53,563 bases of DNA from Octopus sinensis (Eukaryota): assembly GCF_006345805.1 (NCBI RefSeq), contig NW_021833853.1, positions 1 through 53,563 on the forward strand, written 5' to 3'. How positions within the stretch are numbered: position 1 is the stretch's first letter; every line of letters starts with the position of its first letter. The position numbers were made by a program, and so were the translations under genes. This document shows, one piece after another, positions 1 to 11,922 of this stretch. Under the pieces are notes generated by a model. That model was not told where the DNA came from, searched no databases, and saw only the letters and a list, made by a program, of their open reading frames with translations.

Positions 1-1262
1 CTCGTACATCGCGTCCGTCATCTATTACCACCGCCTGACCGTCGTACCTTGTCCCGACCCTAACCATCACACCAAACTAGAACACTTCTCTCCGCTTCTT
101 GTGGAAAGATGCGTTCCGATGGTCACGCCGATCCATTTGCTGTCAACACCCGTTAAAAAGGAGGACTGGGCATGCAGTGGTTGATGATGCGCAGACACGC
201 GCTGAGACTACGACATCTCAGGCTCTATGTTGACGACGGTGAACAGGTGTGGTCGCCGTGTGTGAGGCAAGTTTTCCCGCAACTCGTCTCCATGACCGAA
301 CTGCACTCGTGGATCAAAAAGAGGCCGAGGAAGGGCGAATGGCACCGCGAGTGTCGCGTTGCTCTCAAGCAACTATGCCGTCCCGAGTCGTCCTTGAGTG
401 ACTTCAACACAACCCAAGCATTCTATAGGGGATTAGTGGAGGGGAGGTACGACGACTAGCTCGGGGCGAACCTGGACGTCAACGAGGAATACCTGACCTG
501 CCTGTTCGGGACGACTTTCAGGCCAGGTCCCATGGACAACTTCCAGAGATCCCTGGCCTGGCAGTGCTACCGAAAAGCGCTACCCGTTCGGGATAAGCTC
601 TATAGGCATGGCTCGAGAAACACGGGGCCGACCTGCGCGAGATGCGGTCAGATCGACGAAACCGTTCTGCACGCACTCGTGCAGTGTCTAATAATTTCCG
701 ACCTGTGGGCTTATGTCGAACAACTGCTGTCACGTGTGGGACGAGTCGGTTTATCAGCCAAGTCTAAGGTCAATATTGTCACGCCTCCTTCCTTCAAATG
801 GGAAGGAAGAGCTATTTTCATCATCCTTGTGGCTATGACAAAAGAATATATCTGGTGGACGCGTCTGAAAGGATTAGAGACAAACACTTTCCTCTCTGGT
901 CAATCTCTCATCAACTTCTTCAAGTATCACTTGAATGACGAAGCCACCTTGAGCATAATCCTATGAACCCGGATATTTAAAAGAGAGGGTTACCTACTTG
1001 CAAACAAATGTGGTAACATGTAACAATATTGACCGAGGTTACCGTGGTCTTTTCCGTAGGCTTTTCTTCCCACGATCCCTATTGATCGTTTTTTTTCTTT
1101 TGTTTCTTCTCCTTTTTTTCTTCTTTCCCTTTTCCGATCCCTTTTGATCGAAAATCTACCCCACCTTTTATTTTTATTTTATTTTATTTTTCACCTAAAT
1201 AGAAAAGTTCTACTTTGTAATCTGTCCCGTCTGTGCGCAGCCCTGTGTGGCTAATAAAGAAA
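1..1262 (+). mobile_element. 3' portion of an L1-clade (Tx1-like) LINE: decayed ORF2 C-terminus, 3' UTR, AATAAA at 1253-1258, then (TCTA)n
   Basis: Frameshifted translation of 1-220 gives FLWKG..PMV..SICCQHPLK.GGLG (RT thumb). ORF 532-966 carries the zf-RVT signature CARCGQIDETVLHALVQC (C-x2-C...E...H...C). A T-rich UTR and poly(A) signal follow. Confidence 0.85.
532..966 (+). pseudogene. zf-RVT zinc-binding C-terminal domain of LINE ORF2
   Basis: LAWQCYRKALPVRDKL...CARC..DETVLHALVQC; upstream frames are broken. Confidence 0.8.
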
Positions 1263-1269
1263 CATATCA

Positions 1270-1358
<89 letters not shown>
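1270..1358. repeat. (TCTA)n microsatellite directly after the LINE 3' end
   Basis: About 22 perfect units. Confidence 0.95.
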
Positions 1359-1359
<1 letters not shown>

Positions 1360-1812
1360 AGTAAAATCATGCATAATACGGATAAGTCATTCTAACATTT
1401 TCACAAAAAGAAAAAAAATTACTAAATGTGAGAACATCTAAGTTATGTTCAATAATTTACGATGAGCTGTACTACATTGCATATACATGTATGTACAATG
1501 TTTGAAACGTAGAATATGCATGTGTTTTGCAAATATGCATGTTTTAGTTCAAGAATATTGTAATATAATTTATAAGGAAACTCACTTATAAGAAATATAA
1601 CAGTGAATGTATATTGAGTAAAATTTGAATATTTGTCGCGTATATATGTTTTACCGTAACAGTTTTATATATTTGATATATGGTAATAATATTTATATTA
1701 TATGCATATGGAATGCGTGCTACGGCGATTGGCAAAAAATATTCTGCTTGGTAGATGAACTTTGATCGAAAACTAACCTGCTAATGATGTGTTGCAATAT
1801 TTGTTGATAAAA

Positions 1813-1960
1813 ATGAGTTCAAATTCCGCCAAGGTCGACTTTGCCTTTCATCCTTTCGGGGTCGATGAATTAACCAGTTGCCTACTGGAGTCAAACTAAT
1901 TGACTGCCCCCCCCCCACCAAAATACTTTCGGGCTTTGTGCCTAGAGTAGAAAAGAATAT
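1813..1960 (+). mobile_element. Family-B tRNA-derived SINE, 5'-truncated
   Basis: gagttcaaattccgccaaggtcgactttgcctttcatcctttcggggtcgat core shared with the copies at 10074-10810, 11713 and 42075. Confidence 0.8.
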
Positions 1961-2089
1961 TTGTTGATCTGATATATATATAACAAATGTTGCGCCAATG
2001 CTTTTATTAGCTACCGGTTTCAACTTGTTTGAAAATTTTATGTTTGACGACACGAGTATACTAATATATATTTATATGCATATTTATAT

Positions 2090-2352
2090 TTTTGATGTCA
2101 GCCCAATATTTATAGCTCATATTTATAGGGTTACGTGTGTTTCTAGACCTACTATTCTGCTGGCTAGCTGGCCCAACGGGAAAGCCAGGCCAACATACTC
2201 ATTACGCCGAATGCTAGTCCGTAGCAGAGTTACCTGTCCACAGCCGAGGGACAACATGAAATGTTGTGGTCAAGACTAACGCCCCACGAGTTTGGAAATC
2301 TAAGCCACGAACTTGCGTTTACTAGTGAATACTCTAACCACCAGGTTACACG
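2090..2352 (-). mobile_element. Degenerate tRNA-headed SINE (Meta-like group)
   Basis: Reverse complement starts gcgtgtaacctggtggttagagtattcact (A-box-like) and has a diverged gtcttgaccacaaca..ctcggctgtg body. Confidence 0.5.
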
Positions 2353-2830
2353 CACAACACCTTTCTACTGACCATTCCTCAACGCACATGTGAAGAGGCA
2401 CACGGCTCCACAAATGACCACCACTCCTGATACCATGCTGCTGAATCCTTTCTACAACATTATTAGACACAAAGCTCACTCACACATACACATATAAACA
2501 GCCAACACCACACGCACACACATACAGACTTGCGCGCACGCACATATCCACACATACCTCCTTATCTTACACTCTCCTGTCTTTTCTTCAGCCATTTCCT
2601 TCCGGTCATTTCACAATGTAACCACATGTGAATCGTTGACGATTTCCCTTCCACCGTCTTCCTTTTCTCTTGGACTTTCTTCTGTCTTCTGTTTCTGAAA
2701 AAGAGCATTGCTCGAAACGTAAAACCACCTTTCTTTCCTTCCATGAGCGTCTGCTAATACTTTGCATGTACCACGTCCTTGCGTTGTTGTTTTTTCTCGT
2801 GTCTGTTCTTCGATTTCTTTTTATATTTGC

Positions 2831-2877
<47 letters not shown>

Positions 2878-2884
2878 CACAGAT

Positions 2885-3090
2885 CTTTCTTTCATTCTTT
2901 CATTTGTTTCAGTCAGCCGACTGTGGACATGCTGGAGGACCACCTTTAGTCGAATAAATCGATTCCAAAATTTAGCCTTTGTAAACCTAGTACTTATTCT
3001 ATCGGTCTGTTTTGCCGAATTGCTAAGTTTCGGGGACGCAAACCCACCAACATCGATTGTGAAATGATGGTGGGGGGACAAGTACACACA
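2885..3090 (-). mobile_element. Solo 3' module (D) of the composite family-A SINE
   Basis: Reverse complement of the module at 4190-4398 (cccaccatc...ggtgctccagcatg...gactgaaac). Confidence 0.8.
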
Positions 3091-3129
3091 CACACACACA
3101 TACTTATTTGTATATATGTGTGTGCGTAT

Positions 3130-3206
3130 AATAGTAATAATAACAATAATAAAAATAATAATAATAATGATAATAATAATAATAATGATAATAATAATAA
3201 TAATAA

Positions 3207-3237
<31 letters not shown>

Positions 3238-3252
3238 AAGAAGAAGAAGAAG

Positions 3253-3282
<30 letters not shown>
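3130..3282. repeat. (AAT)n followed by pure (AAG)n
   Basis: Direct reading. Confidence 0.95.
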
Positions 3283-3284
<2 letters not shown>

Positions 3285-3738
3285 GGAGAATAGGAATAAT
3301 TATGATTATAAACCAAAGATGGAGTTTCATAATATTTAAGTACATCGCTACGCACGTTTCCACAAATCCCTTGATGTCTGTGACTATAATCTGCATCCAT
3401 AGGATGATTACAATGTAATTTGTAACATCCCAGGATATATATATATATATCTTTCACTTATTTCATTCATTAAACTGCGGTCATACTCTCTACGTACTAT
3501 GTTCGATACATTTTGTGTTCGTCTGGTATGTTGATTTTGTTTATTTTTATGTGGATTGATTATGACCGCACTGAAGCTTAGAAAGTGGATTATGTACACT
3601 AACTATGAAATAATATGATCTGCGGCTGAATCTGTTTTTAAGGGGTTGGCTTCAAAGGTTGCATTGTTTATTTCTTTTGGTAGTTTTAACTTTAAGAGTC
3701 CCTAATAGCGTGAGGCATTTACGTGTAGTTATGCCGTT

Positions 3739-3770
<32 letters not shown>

Positions 3771-3913
3771 CATATATCAGAATTAAGATATAAACTCAAA
3801 TTAGGCAATCAACTTTTTATACATACTCATATTGTTATAAATTCGACTTAAAATGCGTATATATATATATTAATACATATCGACATGTATGAATATTAAA
3901 AAAATATAAATAT

Positions 3914-4119
3914 AGGCGCAGGAGTGGTTGTGTGGCAATTAGCTCGCTTATCAACCACATGGTTCCAGGTTCAGTTCCACTGCGTAGCACCTCGGACAAG
4001 TTTCTTCTATTATAACCCCGGGCCGACCAAATCCTTGAGAGTGGATCACTTAAACGGAAATTGAAATAAGCTCGCCGTACATATGTACATGTATATATAT
4101 GTATATATATATGCATATA

Positions 4120-4157
<38 letters not shown>

Positions 4158-4398
4158 TATATATATACATGTGTGTGTGTGTGGTGTGTTTGTTTGTTTG
4201 TCCCCACCATTGCTTGAAAATCGATGTTAGTGTGTTTACGTCCCCGTAACTTAGCGATTCGGCAAAAGAGAGCGATAGAGTAAGTACTAGGCTTACACAA
4301 AATAAGTCCTGGGGTAGATTTATTCGATTAAATGGCGGTGCTCCAGCATGACCGCAATCAAATGACTGAAGTAAGGAAAAGAATAAAAGAATAAGAAA
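3914..4398 (+). mobile_element. Composite SINE: tRNA-derived head (A) + internal (TA)n/(TG)n + 3' module (D)
   Basis: A-box-like tggttgtgtgg, B-box-like ggttcagttcc, CORE-like cacctcggacaagt, then module D ending in (aagaata)-type repeats; the same architecture recurs 6 more times. Confidence 0.85.
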
Positions 4399-4399
4399 T

Positions 4400-4769
4400 A
4401 TATATATACATTAAAATATTTTTAACAATATAAATATAAATATACATAAAAATACATGTAAATAAAACCCAAGTGTGAGAGAAAGAACTGATAAAAACTT
4501 TTTCGTACTAAAACTAAGAGCTGTTAAGAATTTCAATTAAAAGATGCATAGAATTCAATGTGTCTTTAAGAATATATAAATGGTATATAAGGCATATAAT
4601 ACAATTAGAGGAAGTCCACTTTCTACGGCCGTTTCCAGAGTTTATGTCCTGCTAGAAAAATTAGTAGAAATCTTACAAAGCATGCGGACAAGGCTCCCTT
4701 CATCAGGATGGGTATCCTCATAAAATCACATACTTGCTAATGTTTGGTTATGACAGAGGGATGGATATG

Positions 4770-4836
<67 letters not shown>

Positions 4837-6357
4837 TATAAAATATATAATATTATACACACACACATATGTGTTAATAATATATATAATATTATAATAT
4901 ATATATATATATATAGAAAATAGTAAAAAGTGAAAAAACTACAGAAGGCTTGTTTTTTAAAAGGTTAAAAAATATATTAAGTCATTATGTCAGAAGAATG
5001 TTATAAAATCTTTTCATACAGTGACATAGTTTTTGAAGAAATTACCGGTTTCGTGTTAACTTTTCAAATTTCTCAAAACATCGTGTTATGACTTCATTAT
5101 GAAGTGTAAAGAAGAGTTCTAGGTAAGGGGAGGTAATAAGTGATTTCTTCCGGTGTAAGGGAGATAATCGCTTTATATTTCTTGCCTTCTTTACTTAATG
5201 GGGTGAGTTTCTCTGTATAAGGATGATAGAGTGGTTAATTTTTGGCTTATATTTTTCAATGAAGAATATTTCCTTGTTTAGTCTAATTTGTGTTGGTGTT
5301 CCAATAGCACATTGATAAAATGGAAAGATTAAAAATTGTGGTAGTAGTTGCTTTGCGCATTTCTCAATATGCTCACTAAAGGGTATCATTCTGTATTCTG
5401 GGAATGCAATCTGAGTGATAGTCCCGTGGACTCCACGTAGTTTTGGTGGCAGCCCGAGCATCTTATGACATAAATTATGTTTTCAGAAGCACAAGTAAAA
5501 TTAGATTTGATCTTGAATTTTTGTCCCTCTTTGAAGAGGAATTCTGATCCTTCTAGAAGGTTTGAACATGTTGCGCAGTTTGTTCTACCACATTTTTTTA
5601 CTTTTGCATCCGTAATTTCAGAAAGCAATTTTGCCTTTGTGAGAATCTTTTTAAGTGATTTAGGTTGTTTGTAGCTTTTAAATGATTTGGTGTATGTTTA
5701 GAATTTCCTTTAATTTGGGGTCCTTATGAAGTATGGTAAATTCTGGGTGATGATGGTGAAGGCTTCTTTGTTTTTGGGGTGTATGTGGATATGTAAGGCA
5801 GTATTTTCGGGGAAGTGAGTTGTGTTGTTGTGTGAACTTTCTCAAAGTGTCTATGTCGATTTCTGTTGCACGTCTGATCCCATCCTCTATGAGTTGAGTT
5901 GGGTATGTCTGTTCATTAGGGTGTTTTTGAGTTCTTGTAGTCTAAAGTTCCTGGTATTTTGTTCTGACACTATTGTGCATATCCTTCTTGCAAGGTTGAA
6001 AGGGATGTTTGTTTTAGTGTGTCTTGGGTGGTATGAATCAAAAAGTAGGTATTGTTTGGCGTCTGTGGTTTTGTAAAAAATGTCTGTTTCTATTTTAAGG
6101 TTAATTTTTTAATTAGTATATCTAAGAATGGAAGCTCCTTTTGGTTGTATTCCATTGTGAACTGCATATTTGGGTTGATGCTGTTCAATAAGTTTTTGAA
6201 TTTTAGGAGTTTATCTGTGTTTACATTCCAGAGTATAAAACAATCATCCAGGAATCGTTTCCAATTCTCTTTTATGTATTGAGAGAGGGGGTTTCCAAAG
6301 GTTGATAAAGATTGCTGGTAAACAATTATTTCCAGATAGCCCATTGTTAGGTTCGCA
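4400..6357 (-). mobile_element. Penelope-like retroelement (probably Neptune group), 5'-truncated: RT C-terminal half, linker, GIY-YIG (with 28-bp deletion), 3' pLTR region interrupted by (TA)n
   Basis: Minus translation ANLTMGYLE...WKRFLDDCF...INPNMQFTMEYNQKELPFLDILI, then TDIFYKTTDAKQYLLFDSYHPRHTKTNIPFNLARRIC, then KCGRTNCATC...NIIYVIRCSGCHQNYVES; frameshifts present. The left boundary is approximate. Confidence 0.9.
4608..4719 (-). ncRNA. Putative type I hammerhead ribozyme in the Penelope pLTR
   Basis: On the minus strand: CUGAUGA (4706-4700), stem II GGGAG..UGUCC/GGACA..CUCU, GAAA (4635-4632), palindromic stem III ACGGCCGU (4625-4632), GUA cleavage triplet, and partial stem I (GAGGA/UCCUC, CCAU/GUGG). 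Confidence 0.65.
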
Positions 6358-6816
6358 ATGACTGAAATTACAGATGCAAAAGTAAAAAAATGTGGTAGAA
6401 CAAACTGCGCAACATGCTCAAACCTTCTAGAAGGATCAGAATTCCTCTTCAAAGAGGGACAAAAATTCAAGATCAAATCTAATTTTACTTGTGCTTCTGA
6501 AAACATAATTTATGTCATAAGATGCTCGGGCTGCCACCAAAGCTACGTGGGGTCCACGGGACTGTCACTCAGACGTAGATGCACACTGCATCGACAACAG
6601 ATTGCATTCCCAGAATACAGAATGATACCCTTTAGTGAGCATATTGAGAAATGCGCAAAGCAACTACTACCACAATTTTTAATCTTTCCATTTTATCAAT
6701 GTGCTATTGGAACACCAACACAAATTAGACTAAACAAGGAAACATTCTTCATTGAAAAATATAAGCCCAAACTTAACCACTCTAACATCCTTATACAGAG
6801 AAACTCACCCCATTAA
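6358..6816 (+). CDS. Intact 152-aa GIY-YIG endonuclease ORF in the inverted arm of the Penelope-like element
   Basis: CGRTNCATC knuckle, NIIYVIRCSGCHQSYVGST (GIY-YIG), LRRR, LH, KE and LN motifs; native stop. Expression is unknown. Confidence 0.6.
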   Translation: MTEITDAKVKKCGRTNCATCSNLLEGSEFLFKEGQKFKIKSNFTCASENIIYVIRCSGCHQSYVGSTGLSLRRRCTLHRQQIAFPEYRMIPFSEHIEKCAKQLLPQFLIFPFYQCAIGTPTQIRLNKETFFIEKYKPKLNHSNILIQRNSPH

Positions 6817-7100
6817 GTAAAGAAGGCAAAAATATAAAGCGATTATCTCTCTTACGCCGGAAGAAATCACTTATTACCTCCCCTTACCTAGAACTCTTCT
6901 TTACACTTCATAATGAAGTCATAACACGATGTTTTGAGAAATTTGAAAAGTTAACACGAAACCGGTAATTTCTTCAAAAACTATGTCACTGTATGAAAAA
7001 AATTTATAACATTCTTCTGACATAATGACTTAAATATATATTTTAACCTTTTAAAACAAGCCTTCTGTAGTTTTTTTCACTTTTTACTATTTTCTATATA
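6362..7100 (+). mobile_element. Inverted second arm of the Penelope-like element (reverse complement of about 4910-5620)
   Basis: Near-identical to the left arm apart from scattered substitutions, 1-bp indels and a 28-bp indel. Confidence 0.92.
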
Positions 7101-7135
7101 TTCAACCACGTGCTTCACACACCAACTTTCTCACC

Positions 7136-7214
<79 letters not shown>

Positions 7215-7374
7215 ATATTATATATATATATATATTGGCCTGCTCACTTAGCAGCGGGGGGTGGCGTCATTTGAAGGCTAAAACAATGCGAAGCGCATTG
7301 TGACCAGCGATGTATACTAACATCTGATAGCCCAGTCGAAAATATACATATACATATATATATATATATATATA

Positions 7375-7770
7375 GGTGCTAGGGTGGGTGTGTGGTACGA
7401 AGCTTACTTCCCAACTACATGGTTCCAGGTTCAGTCCCACAGCGTGGCACTTTCGGCAAGTGTCTTCTACTATATAACTCCGGTCCGATCTTATCCTTCT
7501 GAGTGGATTCGGTAGACGGAAACTGAAAGAAGCTCGTTGTATATATATATGAATGTATTTGTGTGTCTGTGTTTGGCCGCCTACCTGTCCACCATCGCTT
7601 GACAACAGATGCTGCTGCGTTTATGTTCCCGTAACTTAGCGGTTCGGCCAAAAACCGGATCGAATAAGCATTAGGCTTACAAAGAGAATGTCCTGGGGTC
7701 GATTTACTCGACTAAAAGTGGTGCTCCAACAATGCCGCACTGAAGCAATTAACAGAAATAAAAGAAATAA
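7375..7770 (+). mobile_element. Composite A+D SINE
   Basis: Same head, short internal TA/TG spacer and D module as 3914-4398. Confidence 0.85.
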
Positions 7771-7950
7771 ACGTGGGTGTGTATGTATATATGTATGTAT
7801 GTTTGTATATAGAAATATACGTTCACCCACACATACATACGTCTAGGCTTATAGACATAAAATATTTAGAATGTTTACTTTTGTCTACAAATTGTTGAAC
7901 ACAAACGCCTGTCTGTCGGTTTTTAATGAATAAGTTGTCGCATTCTATGC

Positions 7951-7988
<38 letters not shown>

Positions 7989-8368
7989 ATGTGTGTGTGT
8001 TTGGATACACACATACATATACATAATATATATATAATATATATACATACATATACATACATACATGTATACATACATGCATACATATGTAGATACACAT
8101 ACACACACACACACATATATATATCACACATACATACATACATATACACATATATATGTATATAAACATACATACATACATATATATATGTATATATATG
8201 TCTATGTATATATATATATATTATATATATATATATATATAATATATATATATATATGGGGGTGTGTGTGTGTATTGGTAAAAACAATAAGATAACAAAA
8301 GAAAGAAAGAGACCTCAATATTCAGAGTTTTATCTTGACTATTGAGTAATGTAACATATTATTTTATA

Positions 8369-8406
<38 letters not shown>

Positions 8407-8924
8407 TGCAAACTCACACACAGAGGTCTGCTGAAGTGTATGTTTGTGCCCACGTAATTAAATTCACTTCTATCCGTATGTTTAAACTCTATACCTGTGT
8501 GTTTGTCCATTGTACTTGGCTTTGCTTTATTTGCTGCTGTACCTGTTGTGTATTTTTGTGCTTCTCCGTTTGTTTTTGTGAGTAATATCCTCTGTTTTTT
8601 TTTTAGTGATCACTTGTACAGTTAACAAATAAAAACTGTGTAGCAACATTATCAAAGAGACGATGCAATCTTGCGCAGAGTAATAAATTCTTTCATTCGG
8701 ATCACGAAAGTGTGTGACAGCAGGCGAAAACACTTCTCTGTGAATTCGTCATTAAGAAACAATAGTTCGTTAGTGACAGTTGTAAACTGCATTTGATGGT
8801 TTTATTTTGCTGACTAAAACCACTAGGAGTATAACCACAACCCTTGCTACAACACCACACCACACTGAACCACAACAGCCTCTACAACAGTCGCAACTAC
8901 CGCCATGATCAGGATTAAGATGAG

Positions 8925-9990
8925 AGCAACCAACACCACCACCACCGCCACCACCACCACCACCACCACCACCACCACCATCACCACCACCACCATCAAC
9001 AGCAGGAATATTGGGAATACTGTAACCCCAACACTTCCAACATCACCATCTCTACCGCCATACCACGTGACACAGAAGCAATTTTAATGATAATGTTTTT
9101 GCAAATAATGCGAGAGAAATGTTTTAAAACCACCAACGACCAAAAGAACCATTATCGATAAATCCCCGAATACGACGACGACGGCCACCGCCGCCGCCGC
9201 CGCCACCGCTGCCAGTGCAACGTTCACCGGAATCGCCATGACGACGACGCCCACAGTGACAATGACCAACACCATTGTCATCATTATATCATCCCCAGGA
9301 ACACTATCGCCATCACGACGACGAAGACCACCACCGCCGCCACCACCACCACGCCGTCACCACCACCACCGCCGTCACCACCACCACCACCACCACCACC
9401 AACCACCACCACCACCAACCACCACCACCACCAAAACCAGCACCACCAACACCAACACCAACACCACCACCACCACCACCATCATCATAATCATCACCGC
9501 CACCGCCATCGCCACCACCAGCGTTACCACTATCACCACGAATATGGTTAGTGCCATCACCACCACCATCAACACCACTACTACCATCACCACTGCCTCC
9601 TCAACCATTCACCACCATCATCTCCATTTTCCCCTTCACCATCAACACCACCATCAACACATGACCACAACCATTACCGCTACATCTACCATCAACTCTG
9701 CTACCACACACCATCACTACTACTACTGCTTCTACTACTACTACTACTACAACCATAACCATCGTCCTCACCATCGCCCACACACTCACCATCACCATCG
9801 CCACCATTACTACTATCTCCACCTTCAGCACTACTACCACACGCCACCCTAATCATCGCGATCGCAACCATCCCCATGACCATCACCCTATTAGCCCTCA
9901 CCACCATCACCAGAACAATCATCAACGTTGCCATGACAACAATCACCCACGCTCCCCCTTCTGCCCCCCCCCCACCACCAGCAGAAGCCA
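8925..9990. repeat. Degenerate (CAC/CAT/TAC)n trinucleotide low-complexity region
   Basis: Direct reading; source of the His/Thr/Pro-rich ORF calls. Confidence 0.9.
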
Positions 9991-10073
9991 TTTCGAATTC
10001 TTTGCTCTTTTTTCGGTTTAATTCTTGAAAATGGCTGATTATAAGTTTTGGAAGAAATTTACGTTGTTAGGAA

Positions 10074-10282
10074 GGCGAGGACCTAGCAGAATGGTCAACA
10101 TGCCGGAAAATTGCTTAGCGGCATTTCGTCCGTCTTTACGTTCTGAATAAAAATTCCACTGAGGTCGATTTTGCCCGTCATCCTTTCGGGGTCGATAAAT
10201 TAAGTACCAGTTGCGTACTGGGGTTGATGTAATCGACTCATCACTTTCCCCAAATTGCTGCCCTTGTGGAAAAATTTGAAAC

Positions 10283-10331
<49 letters not shown>

Positions 10332-10810
10332 GTTGTTGTTGTTGTTGTTGTTATTATTACAGCGGTGACCTGGCAGAAATGTTAGTACGCTAGACGAAAT
10401 GCTTAGCAGTGTTTCGCCCGTCGCTACATCCTGAGCCCAAATTCCGCTGAGGTCGATTTTGCCTTTCATCCTTTCGGGTCGATAAATTAAATACTAGAGA
10501 AACAGAGGGTCGATGTAATCGACTACCCCCACCCACCCACAAATAAACAAAACTCCAGGCCTTGTGCTATAGTAGAAAGGATTATTATTATTGTTACGGC
10601 GGTGTGCTGGCAGAATCGTTAGCACACCGGGCAAAATGCTTAGCGGCTTTTCATCTGTCTTTACGTTCCGAGTTCAAATGCTTCTGAGGACGACGTTGTC
10701 TTTTATCCCTTTCGTGGTCGATAAAATAAGAACCAGTCTAGCACTGCGATCGATGTAAGGGATTTATTTCCTCCCCCGAAATTGCTGGTCTTGTGCCAAA
10801 ATTTGTGACT
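10074..10810 (+). mobile_element. Three head-to-tail family-B SINEs (10074-10283, 10359-10580, 10596-10810) separated by (ATT/GTT)n
   Basis: Each has a ggcg..ctggcagaa..gttagc A-box region, a gagttcaaattcc-like B-box and a gaggtcga..tcatcctttcggggtcgataaa body. Confidence 0.9.
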
Positions 10811-10844
10811 AATATTTGACCGTGTTAGTAAAATCTTCACAAAC

Positions 10845-11150
10845 ACGCATAGACGATGAGCTTCTTTCAGTTTCCATTTACCAAATTCACTCGCACTCAC
10901 GAGGCTTTAATAAAAGACACCTGGCCAAGGTGCCACCTAGTGGTAATAAACCTTGAACTATGTGATTGAGAGTTTGGGAAACCAACGTCTTGCCACACAG
11001 CCACGCCTGCTCGCGCACGCACGCACACACATATATACGACGGGCTTCCACGCAGTTTCTCTCCACCAAGACACTTGCCCAAGGTGTTGCGCAGTGGAAC
11101 TGAACCTGAGCCACGTGGTTGTAAAGTGTGCTTCTTAACCACGCAGCCTT
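10845..11150 (-). mobile_element. Two degraded family-A SINE heads (10845-11010, 11035-11150)
   Basis: cttctttcagtttcc...gacac.tg.ccaaggtg...ccacacagccacgcctgc pattern. Confidence 0.75.
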
Positions 11151-11712
11151 GCTTCAGCTTCTATCCAAGAAGATAAATGTAAAGTAGAGCTTGTCGAATT
11201 TGAACTCAGAAGCCAAAGGCTTGTAACTAGAAACTACAAGACATTAAAACACTTCATCCAGCGCTTTACCAATTTTTCACATCCGATGACTTGTAGGTTC
11301 TTTTATGAATTTTCTTGCTATTTTCTTGTTCTTTTCTACAATTCTTGACAATAGATCTTTAATTCGGAACATTTAAACGGATTTCAAAGATCTGTGATTG
11401 AACAAACAGAAATCCTGACTTTTAAAGGGGAAAAAAAAAAGAAAAGAAAAGAAAACAACAACCCTTTCCAAAAATATTTTAAAATGTTGCAAAGATACAA
11501 GCGATTGTTTATGTCACATGATTTCTCCATTGAGGCTGTGTGATGACAGCGCCAAAGACAACATTTATTAGAATGCGAACCATGCGTTATCTTGTGTGAT
11601 CTTATATCTTTCCGTCTTTCCATTTATCATTCTTTTTTTCACCCCCCTCTCTCTCCCCTTCTCCCTTTCTTTTTCCACACACGCACACGGAATTGAGGTC
11701 ATTTGCATGTAA

Positions 11713-11922
11713 GGTGGCGAGCAGGCACAGTGTTACCACACCGGACAAAATGCTTAGCAGCATTTCTTCCGGTTTTACATTCTGAGTTCAAAGGCTGCCG
11801 TGATCGTTATCATCATGTTGGGGTCGATAAAATTAGTAGCGGTTGGGCACGGGTTTATGTGATCGAGCAACTCCCTCCCACCAAAATTTCAAGCCTTTTG
11901 CTCCATTATTAAAAGGGATTAT
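11713..11922 (+). mobile_element. Family-B SINE
   Basis: ggtggcgagcaggca...aaatgcttagcagcattt...ttctgagttcaaa...ggggtcgataaa. Confidence 0.8.

Noticed and set aside
3320-3403. Ungapped peptide similarity to 35342-35425 (8/28 identities: W...I...IAT..S...IH), within a 55-codon open frame 35309-35473 ending at CAG|GTAAAA
   Set aside because: My hand BLOSUM62 score is only about 29, which is not significant for this search space. The putative exon boundaries also do not correspond.
9238-9852. 204-aa His/Thr/Pro-rich ORF and the many IY/HT/LSIY/poly-residue ORFs in the track
   Set aside because: They are translations of microsatellites that lack stop codons in some frames; no domain content or splice support.
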